This document shows, in pieces, positions 33,551-48,200 of a stretch of 64,000 bases of DNA (position 1 is its first letter; each line of letters starts with the position of its first letter). The translations under genes were made by a program, and so were the position numbers. Location: the NCBI GenBank assembly GCA_030141605.1, contig JAQGDQ010000022.1, positions 558,001-622,000 of the forward strand, in the 5' to 3' direction. The stretch comes from Tubiluchus corallicola. Taxonomy: Eukaryota > Animalia > Priapulida. The notes beneath the pieces are model-generated. The model was not told where the DNA came from. It did not search any database and saw only the letters and a list, made by a program, of their open reading frames with translations.

Positions 33551-36500
33551 TACTTTGAAAAACCACTGAATCATTTATTTTGTAAAGGAGAACAGTTTTT
33601 TAAAAAAACTCAGTTATTTTTGCCTGTTTCACATTAAATTGCAGCAAGTACAGTTTTATTGAAAGAGCTGTCAAATTTGAACGGCATAAGAACACGTCAT
33701 TATCAGTTGCTGGTGGCGACTCAAAAATGGCTGGAGTTTACCATATATTCTTCACATATTTATATGTTTTTACGCCGCTTTCAATTTTACGAAGTATTTC
33801 TCTTTTCATTTCTATTGAAATGGCATTTCGGGCCTGCTTCATTCTGGCTAGAAAATTACAATTGTAGCAGCGCACGTTGGCCCAACATGCATGTCTGCAT
33901 GTTTTGGACTTGATGCACATTGTTTTATGGGATCAATAAAATTAGTCCCAACAATGACTTTTTTGAAGTTGGTGAATGGTGCCCATTTGCCCTGCATTTT
34001 AGAACTCATACTCATTATATGCAGGTGAAGAGCAATCACAGGCGGAAAAATTCCCTCATACTAATCAAGATCTCGTAATATCGGAGCTCGCTCTAAGCAA
34101 AACATAAATACATTATTTAAGCCTAAGATTTGACAGGACTTTGGAATTTGCTCGCAATAACCAGAGGCTCATTATAACAGGCCTCGTCGTAAGTGGATTA
34201 CACTGTATCTTCAAAATGTTCAAGAAAACTGCAGAATTGTCTTGCATGTCTTACTAGCAATGTGCATTTGGAACACGATTGTAAAATTAATTATATATTA
34301 GATAACAAATATTCATAGTAAACAATAAATTACCTGCTATTGAGGATATGATACAGCTTTCACGTTTTTTTCTTGCCTATTTATCTCCGTTGCTCGAAAG
34401 AATGAAAAACTTAGCATCTAAGAAGTTAATAATGTGCAATGTTGCACTGTTGCTTCTGTAAAAATGAAAATATTATATTTGAGTAATTGGACACTCAATT
34501 CAGCTTTAATTACAACTGCAGTGTCACACCAGTGTTAATTTAGATTTTTTTAAAGAATTCATTTTCTTCCTCTATAATCCAAGATAAGCAGTTGAGCATT
34601 CACTTCTTTTTGCTGCTGCTCTTACCCATAGGCTGAACTTTGTCTACAGTCTGCTAATTTTATTAACATACATGAAATCTTCACACTTATTCAGTGTTAT
34701 ATAAATTTTCCAGATAACTTCCTAACTATTTGAATTAGTTTGGGATGAATTTAAATTGTATCCAGTAAGACTGGTTTGCTGCTTTTACTTGGTAACTTTC
34801 ATGCAGATTGTGAGAATCGTCACATTTTCGTGGCCACCATCTAATTTGCAAGTGTACTGAAAATATGCTAAAATAGTTTTTTCTCACTAGATATATTTCG
34901 AGCTCAATGACTGGTTTAGTCTCCTTAGTCTCATTGTATTGTTCTGTAGACGTTTACACCCAACCTATTCTGTTGGAAAACATTAAATTTGGGCTACTAC
35001 CATCATTAGCATCATCATCAGATTCACCAACTTCATCGTCACTACCTTCATTCTTATAGTGATAATCATCATTTTCATCATCATCAGTAACAGCTTATAA
35101 TGATGACTAATACTGTATCAACAATTTAAACATTTGAAGCAAAATATCAAACAGCAACATCAATAAAAACTACTGAAATGGCAAGAGCATTGCCAAGAAC
35201 AGCACAAGCAATATCAGACATACATTACTATTGCAATCCATTGTAGTTGTTTTGCACTTTGCTTGTCATTGGGATTAAATTGAAATAATTGTAGTTAGTA
35301 CATGCCGATTCTGCTAGTTTCTTGTTTACTATAGGCTGGTTTACTTTACTTATTTATTGATAATAACAGCTTCGCAATTTTCCTGATAGTAAAATGATTT
35401 TTAGAAGCAGTTTGTACCAACTTGAAATCCAATTTTTTTCTCTTTATAAAAAGTGGCTATAGAGCTCCTTCCTAGATCATCACGTATTGCCTCAGGAACA
35501 TCATTTTGGTCGAATTGAAAAGGAAAGAGGAAAACATCAGTCATGAGGTAAATGAGGGCCTTTTAGGCTCTCACAAAACCCTAGAGGCCTGTAACACGTG
35601 TGTTAATGTCACATAGATTTCTGTTTGACGCCAGTCACCTTACTCGTTGTTCTTTCAAACTAGCTTTGTGATAGTATTATAAGTTCTGTGTGAAATGGGG
35701 AAGAATATTTACAACAAAGGCTTTTTGCTTCCTGTTCATCTGTGTGTTCCTGTTTCAAGAACTCAGCTGTCACAGACTAACTTGTCAATGATGTTAAAAG
35801 CTTATTTAAATGCAGTTAATTTTTTTGCAGTGCTTTAGTGACATCGTGACAGACATGAAGTATTTATGAAGTATGTCAGTGAATACGGTAAGCATCTGTG
35901 CAAATTCCATCTGAGTTATGGGTTTCCTCTAAACTAGATGTGAATCAAAACTTTTATTTAAAGGAAAAGCCATGGCTCTTGGGAATTTGAGCTTATTTTA
36001 ATATTTGAAAAAATACTAGATAATAAAATTGTGATGGGTGCTTCATGTAATTAGTAAAGTCAATTCAATTTAAAGTCACGATCACTTCATCTTGGGCAAC
36101 CTTACTTTGATTGAAAAATGGCATCATTCAGTGCAATATGAACACCTATCCTAGCAGGTGCTTCTGCGGACATTTTTTGCATCTACAGTCACACAAATAT
36201 GAACTAATTACGATCCTAAACATTAAAATGAGCTTATTAATACTATTTTTTGCTCTTTGACAAATCTTGTTGCCCACTATGTAATGAAAAACATTTACCA
36301 ATTATGGTACAATAACTTCGATGCTCAACTAGTAACCGGGGCATAGTAACGTAATATTTTAATATAAACTAAAACTCAGCTCTCTAAGCTTTGTAACACA
36401 CATGGCACTTACTATATGCTCTCAGTATTACATGAAAGTCAACATACATCTGCTATTTGATTATGTGCAGGTCTTACCCATTTTGAGGTATAATGCTATG

Positions 36501-36984
36501 GATTAAAGCCATGTGAGCACTTTAAAGTTGTTGTTAACTGATCCGATGTCTAATTTTTGCATAAACAGCATAAAAGACAAAGATTTAATCAGCTGGAATA
36601 GTGGAACTATAGAAGTTTTGTTATGTGTGCCTTCATTCTGTCCACCAGTTTATGTCATTTTTTTTCAATTATGTATGCATTGAGGTTCATTTGGTTAAGA
36701 GAGACGAATTATCTAACTTTTGTAGTTTTATGTGAGTACAATTTGTGGTAATTTCAATATTTTTAGTTGTACATTAAAATACAGTGAATGTTGATCGAGG
36801 GTTGGTTTTTCCTTTAAAATAAGCCGTTCGATAGTAGCAATAAGTTAAAACTTTAAGAAACATGCATAAAATAAATAACATTAATATTTATATCAATGGA
36901 ATTTAAGTTAAAATTACATTTTAACAACTAAATTATGACTGTTTTTAAATGGTCCCTAAAAGTAAGAAAAGGCATATACTTACC

Positions 36985-37260
36985 GTTGGTGGTTGTTGAA
37001 TATGGCAGCCAGTCCAAAGGCTCTGGGTTCGAATCCTACTTATGTCAAGTTTTTCAGCCATTTGGCACTTGAACGGTGCTTTCTGGCTGCCTTCTAGGCC
37101 TACTTAGCCTTAAATGATCATGCGGTCATGTACTGGGGGAAGAAAAGTGGTTGAGTGACAACCTGGGTAGTTGGCATTCTCCTTCCCTTGTACCATTGCT
37201 TTGTAAATAGATGCCGTAACCATCTGTTCTTCTTTAAATGGCAGTACTCCTTAACGTGAG
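36985..37260 (+). mobile_element. Probable tRNA-derived SINE relic
   Basis: Perfect B box GGTTCGAATCC at 37026-37036 with a degenerate A box upstream and no acceptor stem; boundaries approximate. Confidence 0.45.
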
Positions 37261-39223
37261 TTGATTTATCATCATAGTCGAAGCATGCTTGATGGAATTT
37301 AGCTGCCTTGTATTTTTTGTAGTTATGTACCAGTTGGACCTTTGTGTAATGCTATAGGTCATCCACTGTTGCTACACTGGAACATTTTAAACTTTACCTA
37401 ATTAGTTTGTTAAATAGACATGTAGCTACAATGTGAAATTGATTTGTGGTGACTGAAGATTAATACTAAAAAGTTACCTATGGTAGTACAGTTCTTCCTT
37501 AAGAAATTAGTCACTTTTCAATGTTTGTAATTAACTGTGTTAAAAGTGAAAATCTTTCATTGTTATCTTTTAAAAATTATATCTTGCTAGATTTGCATCA
37601 GCAAGATTACTACGTTCTTAGACATGATTAAGGCAAAAATTAAACTAAATTGTTGAATGTGTAAAAAATGCATGCAACATTTTTGTTCATTAACTAAAGT
37701 GTATGATATTTTTGTCTAATTTGTGATTTGTTCTGTTTCTTTTTTACTCAATACTTGTTATAAGTTGTTTTTCCAGACGGACTCATTATTGAATTAAATT
37801 GTTCCTACATAATATGTAAAATGGAACAAATAGTAAATGACAACAATACTAATATCAAATGTTGATTATTGGCTTTCTGCTAATCATATTACGAAATAGA
37901 TAGCATTTTCATTTACTGCAGATTATAATGCTTGTCATTATTTAGAAGCCATTAATATGGGTACTTACCAGTTAGTAATTGATGGCTTCACATTGCATGT
38001 TTGATTTTCTTTAGTTTGAGAACAATTTCAACTAATCCAGATGGTTATATGGACATTCAGACTAACGTAATGCATTTTAATTCTCCTTGGTTTTATACTA
38101 TGGGTTTGCATTAGTAGTTTGTTATGTTGCTTTGCTATTAGTGGGTTAGTTTCTAATTAGTTTGTTCCTGCGTTTTTTGTGGTGATATATACTTTTCGAA
38201 TTTAGTAGTTTGGAATTTTATTTATTTTTCCAATTCAACTTGGTGAAAATTTCAGCTGTTTTTATCTTTTGCATGTTCACTTGAACCTGTAAAATTTCAT
38301 GTGATTTACATTATGAATTGACATTTTTCAATTTTCGTGACTCCACCTTTAGGAGCAATCAGAGAATTAACAACTCATTTTTGCTCTTATTTTTTGACTG
38401 TGTAAAAGGGTATTTAAATTTTGATCTTTTATATTTTTGTAAACCTTTAAAAATCTTGTAACCTTTTTTTATTATTTTTAAAGTTTCATATTGTGATTCT
38501 AGGTTTGCAAAATTCACGACTTTATACTTGTGTGTGATGCGATGATTTTTCGCTTTGCTTTGCTTTGCTTTACTGTTTTCTTTTTTGTAATTATTACAAG
38601 TTTAACTTACACATCTTCAACACTTATTTTTAAAGTCATAAATCTTTTAAATTACCAGCTATTCACTATAAGTGTATTAGTTTTGCTGATATCCTGTTGA
38701 TAATGCAAAGCACTTTTTTGTTTTAAGCATTTGCTAATACATTTTGTAAATAGCAGATAAATCCTGGAAACTCTCTTAAAGTATCGCCCAGGGTTATAAA
38801 TTTTCTTCTAGATGCTACGTGTAACATATAACACAGTTTACTGTAAATACCATTCACTAAATTATGACATGCCTAGATGCAATATACAATATGAATTATT
38901 GTCTCGTGCTGTGGGTGTCAAAGTGCACATCACTGTGTACCTAAGAAGATCTGTATGCTTAGTCTTTTTTTGCCATGTTTATCTATGAAACATTTTTGAC
39001 ACCGAAATATGAAATGGAACGAGTAATATAGTAAAATTTTAATGTTTGTATAATTTTGATTTTATGTGAGCCAGTTGTATTTGCTTGCACGTGTAATGTG
39101 TAAGTCTAACAAGTGTCTGGAATCGAGTTAATGTGCTACTTAATTTTATTGTGCAAATAGGCTGTTGCTGGTGTGTCTGTGAGTGCTAGTTTTGTGTTAT
39201 TATAAGTCTAGTATTTGTTTCAG

Positions 39224-42200
39224 CATAGTGGTGATGTAGAAAGCAGGGAAGTTCTTGCACATGAAGCAGCAAGAAGGCTTTATAATCAACTAAATCCTGG
39301 TAAGATTTTTTTCTACTGGAAATCTTGAAGTGATTATTGTTTCGAATGGCCAAACATCAAAAGCTTTTATATTGCAAACTTACTTTTAAAAATTTGAATT
39401 TTAGTAGAAAGCAAAATTCATTTCCATTGTTTAACAAGCATTTCACTCCTCGTAGAGCATTCTCAATGTAAATGATTATTAATATCCTAAAACAGACTGT
39501 AAAAAATGTTTAATATTAAGATACTAATTATTATTTACATTTATGATACGAGAAGCGAGAACATCTGGTAAATAAAGGGTTCTTAGTTATCATGACAGAA
39601 AAAATGCAATTACATAATTTGGCAGGGTGCGAGAAACAAATGTGAGATTTCATGTAGGGTATGCTATTAATGTTGTAACATTATTTATCTATTTACGTGT
39701 AGGCAATATATTGTAAAAAACAATGAATTAAACTTCTGGTATGCAGATGTAATTAGCAATTACTGTTAATTATTTATTAATTAGCTGTAAATGTAGCTTG
39801 TTGTTCTAGCTACTTAGAAAAAGCCAGAGATTTATTATAGCTGACACACAAGAGACCAAGAAAACAAAAAAGCAATAAAATGTTTGTTAAAAATTTAAAA
39901 TGTGTCTTTTGACTTTAAAGTCAGGTTTTTCAGGTCATCAACTGACACCGTAAAAGGGGAGCAAGCCGATGCAAATTTAAATCACCTGTTGTTGGGGGTG
40001 ATGATTTTTACTAAATATGTTTGTCTGTTTAGAGGTGCTAAGTAGTTAATTTTCTCCTGCAAAATTTCTCAGTAGCTCATATAGGTACTTCATTTGTGTG
40101 TCTGATCCTAATGACTCCATTCCTTTTGGAAAAAATATTGCTGTGTTGCTGTTATTCAGACCAGTTAGAAGACACCATTGTGTATGCTGTACTAGGGGAA
40201 TAGCGGATTAAATATGAGGGTGATTAGTCATCATAGTTAAGTAATGTTGAGCCTGGTCAGTAATATGGGGTGACTGCTACTTAGGTGTTTCTGAACGATT
40301 TTGTTTGCCATCTGTGTATAGAGGTCAGAGGATTATTGTTAAAATCTGCTAGGTTCTGGTTCAGCCACAGTCATTAATATTAAGTAGGCTCTTGAATGCA
40401 GGATGTGGAATTTTATAAAGATACGAAACTGAAAGTTACGCTTCTACAGTTGTTTTGTGTTTTACGACTTGCTACTTATTTCATGTATTTCTGTTTTTTT
40501 TTCAGGTTCTTCCACAGTAATGTCAGCTCCAGTGGGCGGTAGCGACTCGATTTTGGAGGCAGACTACAAGAAAATGTCGCCGGTCCGTCGAACATTCTGT
40601 CTCGTTGCTTTGTTTGATTTGGCTTTTATTTTCTTGCTCTGGATTATATATTCACAGGTGCGGCACTTTGCTAATAAAACACAGGTGTTATAAATTTATC
40701 AGTGGTGGTTTAGTGCTCAGGTAAAAGAAACTGAATATTAAAAGAATTTTTCTGACTTTAACAAGCAGCATGTCAATCCAAATTCACAGTGCATTGCTTA
40801 GGCTGGCTCAGGTTTTTGTGATGTTTTTAGTTCTGTAAGTTGTAACTTAGGTTCACTTTTAAACCAATGTTTATGTTGCTGTTGTTGCATTCCTTTGAAA
40901 AAGTTGGATAAATGTCCAGGGCATAATAATTGCAACACAAATAAAAAATGTTTTTCCATTTAGACCTGTATTTGTCTAAGTTACAGTGAGTAATTGTTTT
41001 ATTATATTATCGTATGTGTCAAATGTTCCAGTGTTGCATGGGATCGTTTTATTTTTTGTCAAAACACGAAAGTTCGTTATATCACTAGATGGTTTCGCAT
41101 TTTTGGTTTTTTTCCTTATATTTCAGTTATCAGGTATGTCAGTGAAGCAGATCTTTGTTGACCAAGTGTTACACTATAGTATACGATCGTCAATGTTTGA
41201 TTCCGTGGTAAGTTACTTCAGTGAATTTTATTTTTTGACTGGGTGCAGATTGGTGTAGCTAGAGTTTGAGGCAACTTTAGGCTGTGCCTCCTTCATCCTG
41301 CAACATCCTTATGATAGCCTTAGAATTAGCTTCTTGTTTAATTTTCAGTTTAAATATTTATAAGATGCGGCAGAAAAAAATGAAACGACAACAAGACATG
41401 TCTAAGTAGTTCATGCACTTTATGATTATATCTCCTTCGGTAGTAGTGCCTCAGATTTAAGATGCTTGAAACATCAAAAAAAATGATATTTTTAATTTGT
41501 TAACATTCAACAAACATGTACGCATATTTTGTTTTTATTTTGAATAAGTTTAGTAGCCTAATGATAGAATAAAATCAAACTGCATGACGATAAAAGTTAT
41601 TTTAAAACTGCTCCGTTTCGTAACTTACAATATTACATGCGTGATATACTGAGCACATAAAACAAAAAATGGAACTGATGTATGAGAACACCTAAAAATG
41701 TTATGGAGCTCAGAAACTGATCCAGTTTCAGCAGTAATAGTAGGCCCAGAAATTACTTCAACTTTACCAGTAGCATTTTCCTGGTAACTAAGGTATTTTA
41801 ACAGTGCCCCTTCACTCTTTTTTAATGATTTTTTTCTCTAGCTCTTCTAAAATCAACACTACTCTCTTTTATTTGCTTCATGTGTAGAGAACTTGGTAGA
41901 ATAATAAAGCATTAAAAGCACTAGTAAAAATTTATTTGCTTGCCAATAAATAAATTCACCTGGCACGCTTCAAAAAGCAAAAGCAATGTTCCTTCGTGGC
42001 TTTTTCAAATTTTAACAGAGCAAAGATTAAATGAATGTGATTTTGCTGAGCATCATTTAATACAAGTGTGAGTTGCACAGAAACTTTGAAAGTAGACAGT
42101 GAAAGACTATGTAAATATCACAAAGCCATTAATTTTCTAATTATCAATGACACGTTATCATCTTCCTTTGCCGAAAAAGGGCTGTAAGCAGTGGTATTCG

Positions 42201-45200
42201 TGGGCAATTGAATTATGTCAAGCGTTTGTCTTCCTACTGTTCCGATAGAATAAATTTTTTCAGTGCATTTGATCAAAGTGCCGCTTGGGACGGCCTGCAC
42301 CCCTGTGCATTTGATCAGTGCCGCACGGGGTGGTCCGCCATTTCCCTGCTCCCCCTCAGCTACGCCACTGTGAGTCCACTTAATTCACTTAATGTTTTAG
42401 TATGCTGTGTTGATTTTTTTTGCCATTTTTCTGTTTGCTCGCATTTGTAAAAATACTTGGTCCCAACTTTTGTTGTGTCTGGGTTTTTTATGCATTTGCT
42501 TTGTTATGTAATTTTTCGTATAAATACTGTTTAAAAAAGAAGTAAACATTTTTTTATTTAAAAAATATATAATTCTTTTCTACAGTTTAAACGGTAGAGT
42601 ACTATCAACGGCAAGGTGCTATTTTGACAAAATCTCTTGCTCGTTCTTTCAATAGTTGGTTTTGTATTTGTACATTGAAAACATTCTTAGCTACGAAAAA
42701 AGCTGTAGAGTAAGAGTGTCTTTTTTAGCAGCATTGTTTTGTTTTATTCTAGATGTTGGCTGCTGGTCGGTTTATCTTGTTAGAACTTGGTTATGCCTTA
42801 TTCAGATTAAAGCATTGGTGGGTCGTTGCTGTAAGTATTTATCGAAGGGTATATTGTCACGTTTTGAGGACAGAATAATAGAACATATTTATGGAGTTAA
42901 AGTAAGAAACCAACTAATAAATAACCACTGTAACTAATAATTACAAATATGTCGTGGAGAATTATATTTAGCAAAGCTGTTCTTACAAACAAAATATATT
43001 TAGCACAGCTATTCTTACAAGCAATCAATTGTGACACAAATAGAGGAGGCCACTTGAGGGCACTTGAAACTGAGACTAAACTGCATATCTGTCTGAGATA
43101 TTATTTGTTATTATTTTTTTAATTATATAGTTACCGTTTATAACTTATTCAACTATCTTGATAAATTACAGTTTGGTGATGGGATATTTGATTATAATAT
43201 GTATTTACAGAGGTAATTGCAAAAATGCTTTCTTATTGCAGCTCACGACTTTCATTAGTTCTGGGTTTCTGCTTGCTAAAGTTTTTGTTTACGATGTAAG
43301 TATATTTTGTGTAGATTTGCTCTGTCAAAAGTTTAAAATATTGCAGGAATCACTGTTATATAATCATTTTTAATGTACCTAAGTTCCCAAAGCTTCTGAT
43401 GTTGTTTTTCATGAAGCTTTTTTGTGCGATTTCCTCAAACAATACCACCCAAGGTAAAGGTATGTAGCCAGAAAGTGAGAATATGTTTAAAAAATGAGAT
43501 TGTGTTTACCATCTTGTTGGTGACAGCAGGCTTCTGTTAAGATGACCACTACATGAATTTCCATAACAACCATAAAGTGAGAATATATCAATAAAATACG
43601 ATTCTTTGTAACCATCTTGCTAGTGATAGGAAGTATCTACTAATGTGACCACTACATAAATTTTCATAGCGGCATTACATAGTTGTCATGAAAAACCTCA
43701 CTTTAACGTGTTAACAAAAGCATTTCGCATTCGTATTTTAGCCTGCCAATGTTTTAAACTAGTTTGGAATGTGAAGCAGTCCCATACATTATTACATGTA
43801 AAATGTACTTTCTTACATTTTTAAGTGTGCAAATAGTTCACATTGTGTTTGTCATGTGAGGCACTTCCCATCAGTTCTTTGAAGTCTTTCATAGTTCTAC
43901 ATCATTTATTGTTGCCCTGGAATTTGTTTCTTTTCCCTAAAAATTTAGAATATGGAGTAATAGTATTGTGATGTCACAACAATAAAAACTTGCTAAAAAT
44001 TTATTGCATTAACAACAATGAGAATCAGAATGAGACTGACATTACATCAAAACAGATTCCTAGAGTTACTATGCAAGCAAGTAACCAAATAAAACTCAGC
44101 AACTATTGCAAAGAGAATGTGCATTTGCACTTTCAGGGATTAGATTGTTATGGTTACAATGGATAATGGATACAAACATAGGTGCAGCCTTTAACTAGCG
44201 TAATACGCATTTGTTTACAAAGTCATTTGATTCGCAGCAGTATTTTTGACGAATAAAAATATTGTGTGGGCTATTTTTCTGTTTTCTGGAATCACTTTAA
44301 AGGTCTTAATAAAAAGGAAGTACCGTATTTTCCCATGTATAAGAGACCCTTGTGTATAAGAGACCCCTTCAATTTTTAGGCAAAAATTCTGGAAAAAAGT
44401 TTTTTGGTAATGAATAACTTTATTCATCATAGAAATCATTAAATTCCTCATCACTCTCATCAACAGCTTCATAGTCGAACGCGACACGCCTTGCTTAGGC
44501 TGACTCATCTCGTTGACCTCTGCTGACGTATCAATGACGTCGACGGGCATGCAGAGAGCTTATGCAGATGCGTTGATTGGCTGCAGAACAATCGATTTCT
44601 CTCCAATACCAAAGAGACATTTAAAAAAATAATAACTTACCCGGTACATTAATTTTATCATTAGAATTTAGCCATGGAGAAGATTTATTGAAAGGAAACT
44701 ATAATTATTCGAAATAAAACAGTTGTAGAGCACTTATTTCTTTAAAATCATTAGTGTCACAATTTATGCATCTTATTGAAAAGACTTACTCCCATGTATA
44801 AGAGACCCCCTATTTTTAAAGTGAAAATTCTGAGCAAAAAAGGGTCTCTTATACATGGGAAGATACGGTAAGTAGTCTAACTGCAAAATGCAGTTTGTTG
44901 TGCTGAAACAGAATCTCCCACCTCACTGTGCATGGTGTTCTGCGAGCAAGTAGTGCTAAATACACTAGTATGTGCTAATGACAACCAAAATGAGTTTACT
45001 AATTGGTACATTTGTGGTTTTTAGTTTAGTTGTTTTTTCCCAGAGTTGTAACTACTTTTCATTGTTTTCTAAATCAAAATCAGGTAATTTACTAAGAGAG
45101 AAATTGACGAATTTTTTTATTTTTATAGTTTCATGAGGACAGTACGACTGCTTCAACACTGGATTATGTGCTTTTAACATGTGGTTTTATCATTTGTTGG

Positions 45201-48200
45201 CTCGAAGCCTGGTTTCTTGATTTTAAAGTTATTCCCGATGAGAAAAAGTAAGAAAAATATGTTATTATCAAAAACTATTTTAAAAACAGGTAAAAACAAC
45301 TTTAGTATAAAAAAAGTTGTACTGAACTTCCACAAAAGTTTCTTAATTATAAAATTTGGAGATATCATAGTTGTAAGTTTTTGTAGGAATCATATAGTAA
45401 CCGTTTATCACTATCTTAAGTAGTGATTTAAATACCCAAGGAACTTGTTGGTAAACGATGTTTTGACTTTTTGTCAGTATTTTTAATAAAATTTATTTTG
45501 CTGTGCCATATTTACTATTTATTGAAACTACTACTGATTTTGCCCATATGGTAAATCCGTATGGTTTTTTTGTTGAATTTCCACATAGTAACTTTTCCTG
45601 CAATTTTTATATTGCAGGTCAGAATTTTTAGTTTGGCAGCAGCAGGTGTACGCTTCACAAGTGTCATCAGAGAGGACACCACTGTTAAGAGGAGCCATTC
45701 CAAATTACACAAACTCTCATTCTGGGGAAACCGGGTCTAGCCATGGTGCATTTTACTCACCGTATGAAAGCAGTGGTATGTTGATCTGCATTTGAACCAA
45801 TGCAAGCACACATAACTTACGCTTTTACAGTTAAATAGCTAAAAACAGAAATGTATTGATTATTTATCATTGATAACTATGCACCATGTGTGCTTTACTG
45901 CAGTTTGTGACTTTCAGATTTAATCAAAGTTATTTAGCTATTAAAATAATTAATATGTGTCTACTAAAGGATTTTAGGCAGTTTCATTAATTTGCCAAAA
46001 TCTGTTTCCTCTTGCATAGTTATTCGTAGCATAATTCTTGGATATGTCCTATTCACAGAAAGTGTCCTTTTTGTGTCAATTTTTGAAAAACAACATTATT
46101 GCTCTTTGTAGGTTATTGACACAAGTCTTTATTAGAGCTTTTCTTTGCCCATTTGATATATATCTCATAAATCTCAGGAAGAAGGTCTGATCTAAGAAAA
46201 AAACGGTAACAGACACTCAAGTAATAACACATTTTCATTTTGATTTTCCAGCTTTTATGTATGGCTTACGGTCATTTATCTTCCGTAACAAGTAACAATG
46301 ATTAGCATATTTAGTTATTTAAATGTTTTAGGTAATTTAGCCTGTTGATTATTTAGCAGTTTCCCACACTGATGGACATCTATTTTATTTCAGAATCCGA
46401 ATGCGAATACACGGATGCAGCTGGTGATCAGCCTCCTCACAGTCATGCTCGTGAACGACATAGATCTGGGGTAAGTAATTATTATCATAATAATTAACAT
46501 GATGTGCGATGTGATTACGTGGAGTGTGAGTTATTGTCATGGCAGTTAAAATAGTGTGCCGTGTGACTGCGTGCAGTTTCAGGATGGCCAGCAAAATGTT
46601 AATGATATGTTCAGCAAAATCCTGCATATTAGCAACTAACATTGTATTTCGAATCCATAAAGACCTTTACAGTGAAAACAGTACCAAACATGTTAGCATA
46701 ATAACAGTGTAAATTCTACAAAATTATTAAGTGGGTCCTAAGTTGAAGTAAGCTTGCAAGGTGTTTCAAAAATAAATATTTGTTAGGAGCAGCCATGTGT
46801 GTGTGGGTTTTTAGAAAAAAAGTTAGAGAGGCAGAATAGAATACTGTCATGTGATTACTACATGAATACATTCAAGTTTTCTATCCAGCAACATGATGGA
46901 TTGCAATGGAACTGGCAAATACAATCAAGCTGTTTTAGTAACTGAGATAAATTTTATGCGTAACATAATAGCTATGCAGCAAGTTTACACTTTGGCTCCA
47001 AAGTCAGTATGGTAGCAGTATGATGCAAAACTTCAAATGTTGACTTGAAAAAATTCTTAATTGCTAAATAATAGTTAACCACAAGATGAACGTCGCTGGT
47101 CAGTTAGCTGCAAAATTGAAAATCAAATTAGTGAAGAACGTACGTATACTAAAGGACTATAGTGAAGCAATTTCATATAGCGGTTAGTGAAGGACTTATG
47201 AAACATCCTGTTGTGTTATTCCACAACTTTGGCCCTGTGTTAGTGATGAAATGTGCCTTGCCACATCTGATTCACTTCTTCAGTACTTAATTATAAATTC
47301 ATTGGATCTTGTTGCATAATGCTAAAATTTTACTTTTCTTTGTATTCACTATTAGTCGTATATTAATGCTCAGAATAGTGTAATCTTAGAATCTTTTAAT
47401 TAATAATAGACAATAATCATAAATTAACATTTAAAATTTACTGCATTAGAAACACTTAATTGTAGGTCATAATTGTGAGTGGTGTGGACCGTGTGACTGC
47501 CTATGGCTACAAATGAAATCATGAGAAATTAATTTGCTGTGTAATAAATTTTCATTTCACACAAATTATATGTCAAGTAAAGGTCTAATGTTAATTTAAC
47601 GTAATTAAAATTTCTTCGCCGCTTTGTATATAACATTTCCTGAATGACAAATTACCATCCATTGGCAAAGTAGTTCACTTTCACGTTAGCTATTACTTAG
47701 CTCGGCACAATGCAACTTTAAAAATGCCTGCCACTAGAGAACTACTAACCGTTCATTGTCCTTTTGGCAAATATTGCTTGCAGCTGGCAGTCAACACTGA
47801 AAGTTTATGTGTCACATAAGTTTTACCATGTCTAGCTCCGAGCAAGGAGTTTCCCCGCCAAAAATTTGGCAAATGTCTGTCAAAGGTTGTGGCTTGTTTG
47901 AACTTTTTTATGATAAAATGAAAGTTTTTTCCCTGCCTGTACATATTGTGATGTGTTTGTTTGGAATATAAATGAAAGTTTTCACAAATTTTGTTGAAAG
48001 TAATAGAAGTAAACAGTGAGTTGCAGCAGATAAAATATTGTTCCACAGTTTTAGAAATTAAAGGTTTATTGTAATTTTTTTATATTCACCAGACATGTAA
48101 TGTAAATGCTGACTTTTAGCTAATGTAGATAGTAACTAAATGAATTTTGTCAACAGTTCATTAAAGAGTCTGTATAGACAGCTGATAGAAACTCAACAAT

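Larger units (their letters stand above)
30620..34205 (-). mobile_element. Outer pogo-like (Tc1/mariner superfamily) defective element, about 1.2 kb once the nested element is removed
   Basis: 23-bp TIRs CAGTATAATCCACTTATAACGAG and CTCGTCGTAAGTGGATTACACTG with TA duplications (30618-19, 34206-07). The minus-strand remnant MKQARNAISIEMKREILRKIESGVK (about 33845-33770) resembles the N-terminal CENP-B/psq HTH of pogo transposases. Confidence 0.8.

Noticed and set aside
37000-37045. tRNA gene suggested by GGTTCGAATCC
   Set aside because: No cloverleaf or acceptor stem can be formed; treated as a SINE head.
47243-47270. Box C (GTGATGA) and box D (CTGA) pair suggesting an intronic snoRNA
   Set aside because: The boxes span only about 28 nt, too short for a C/D snoRNA.
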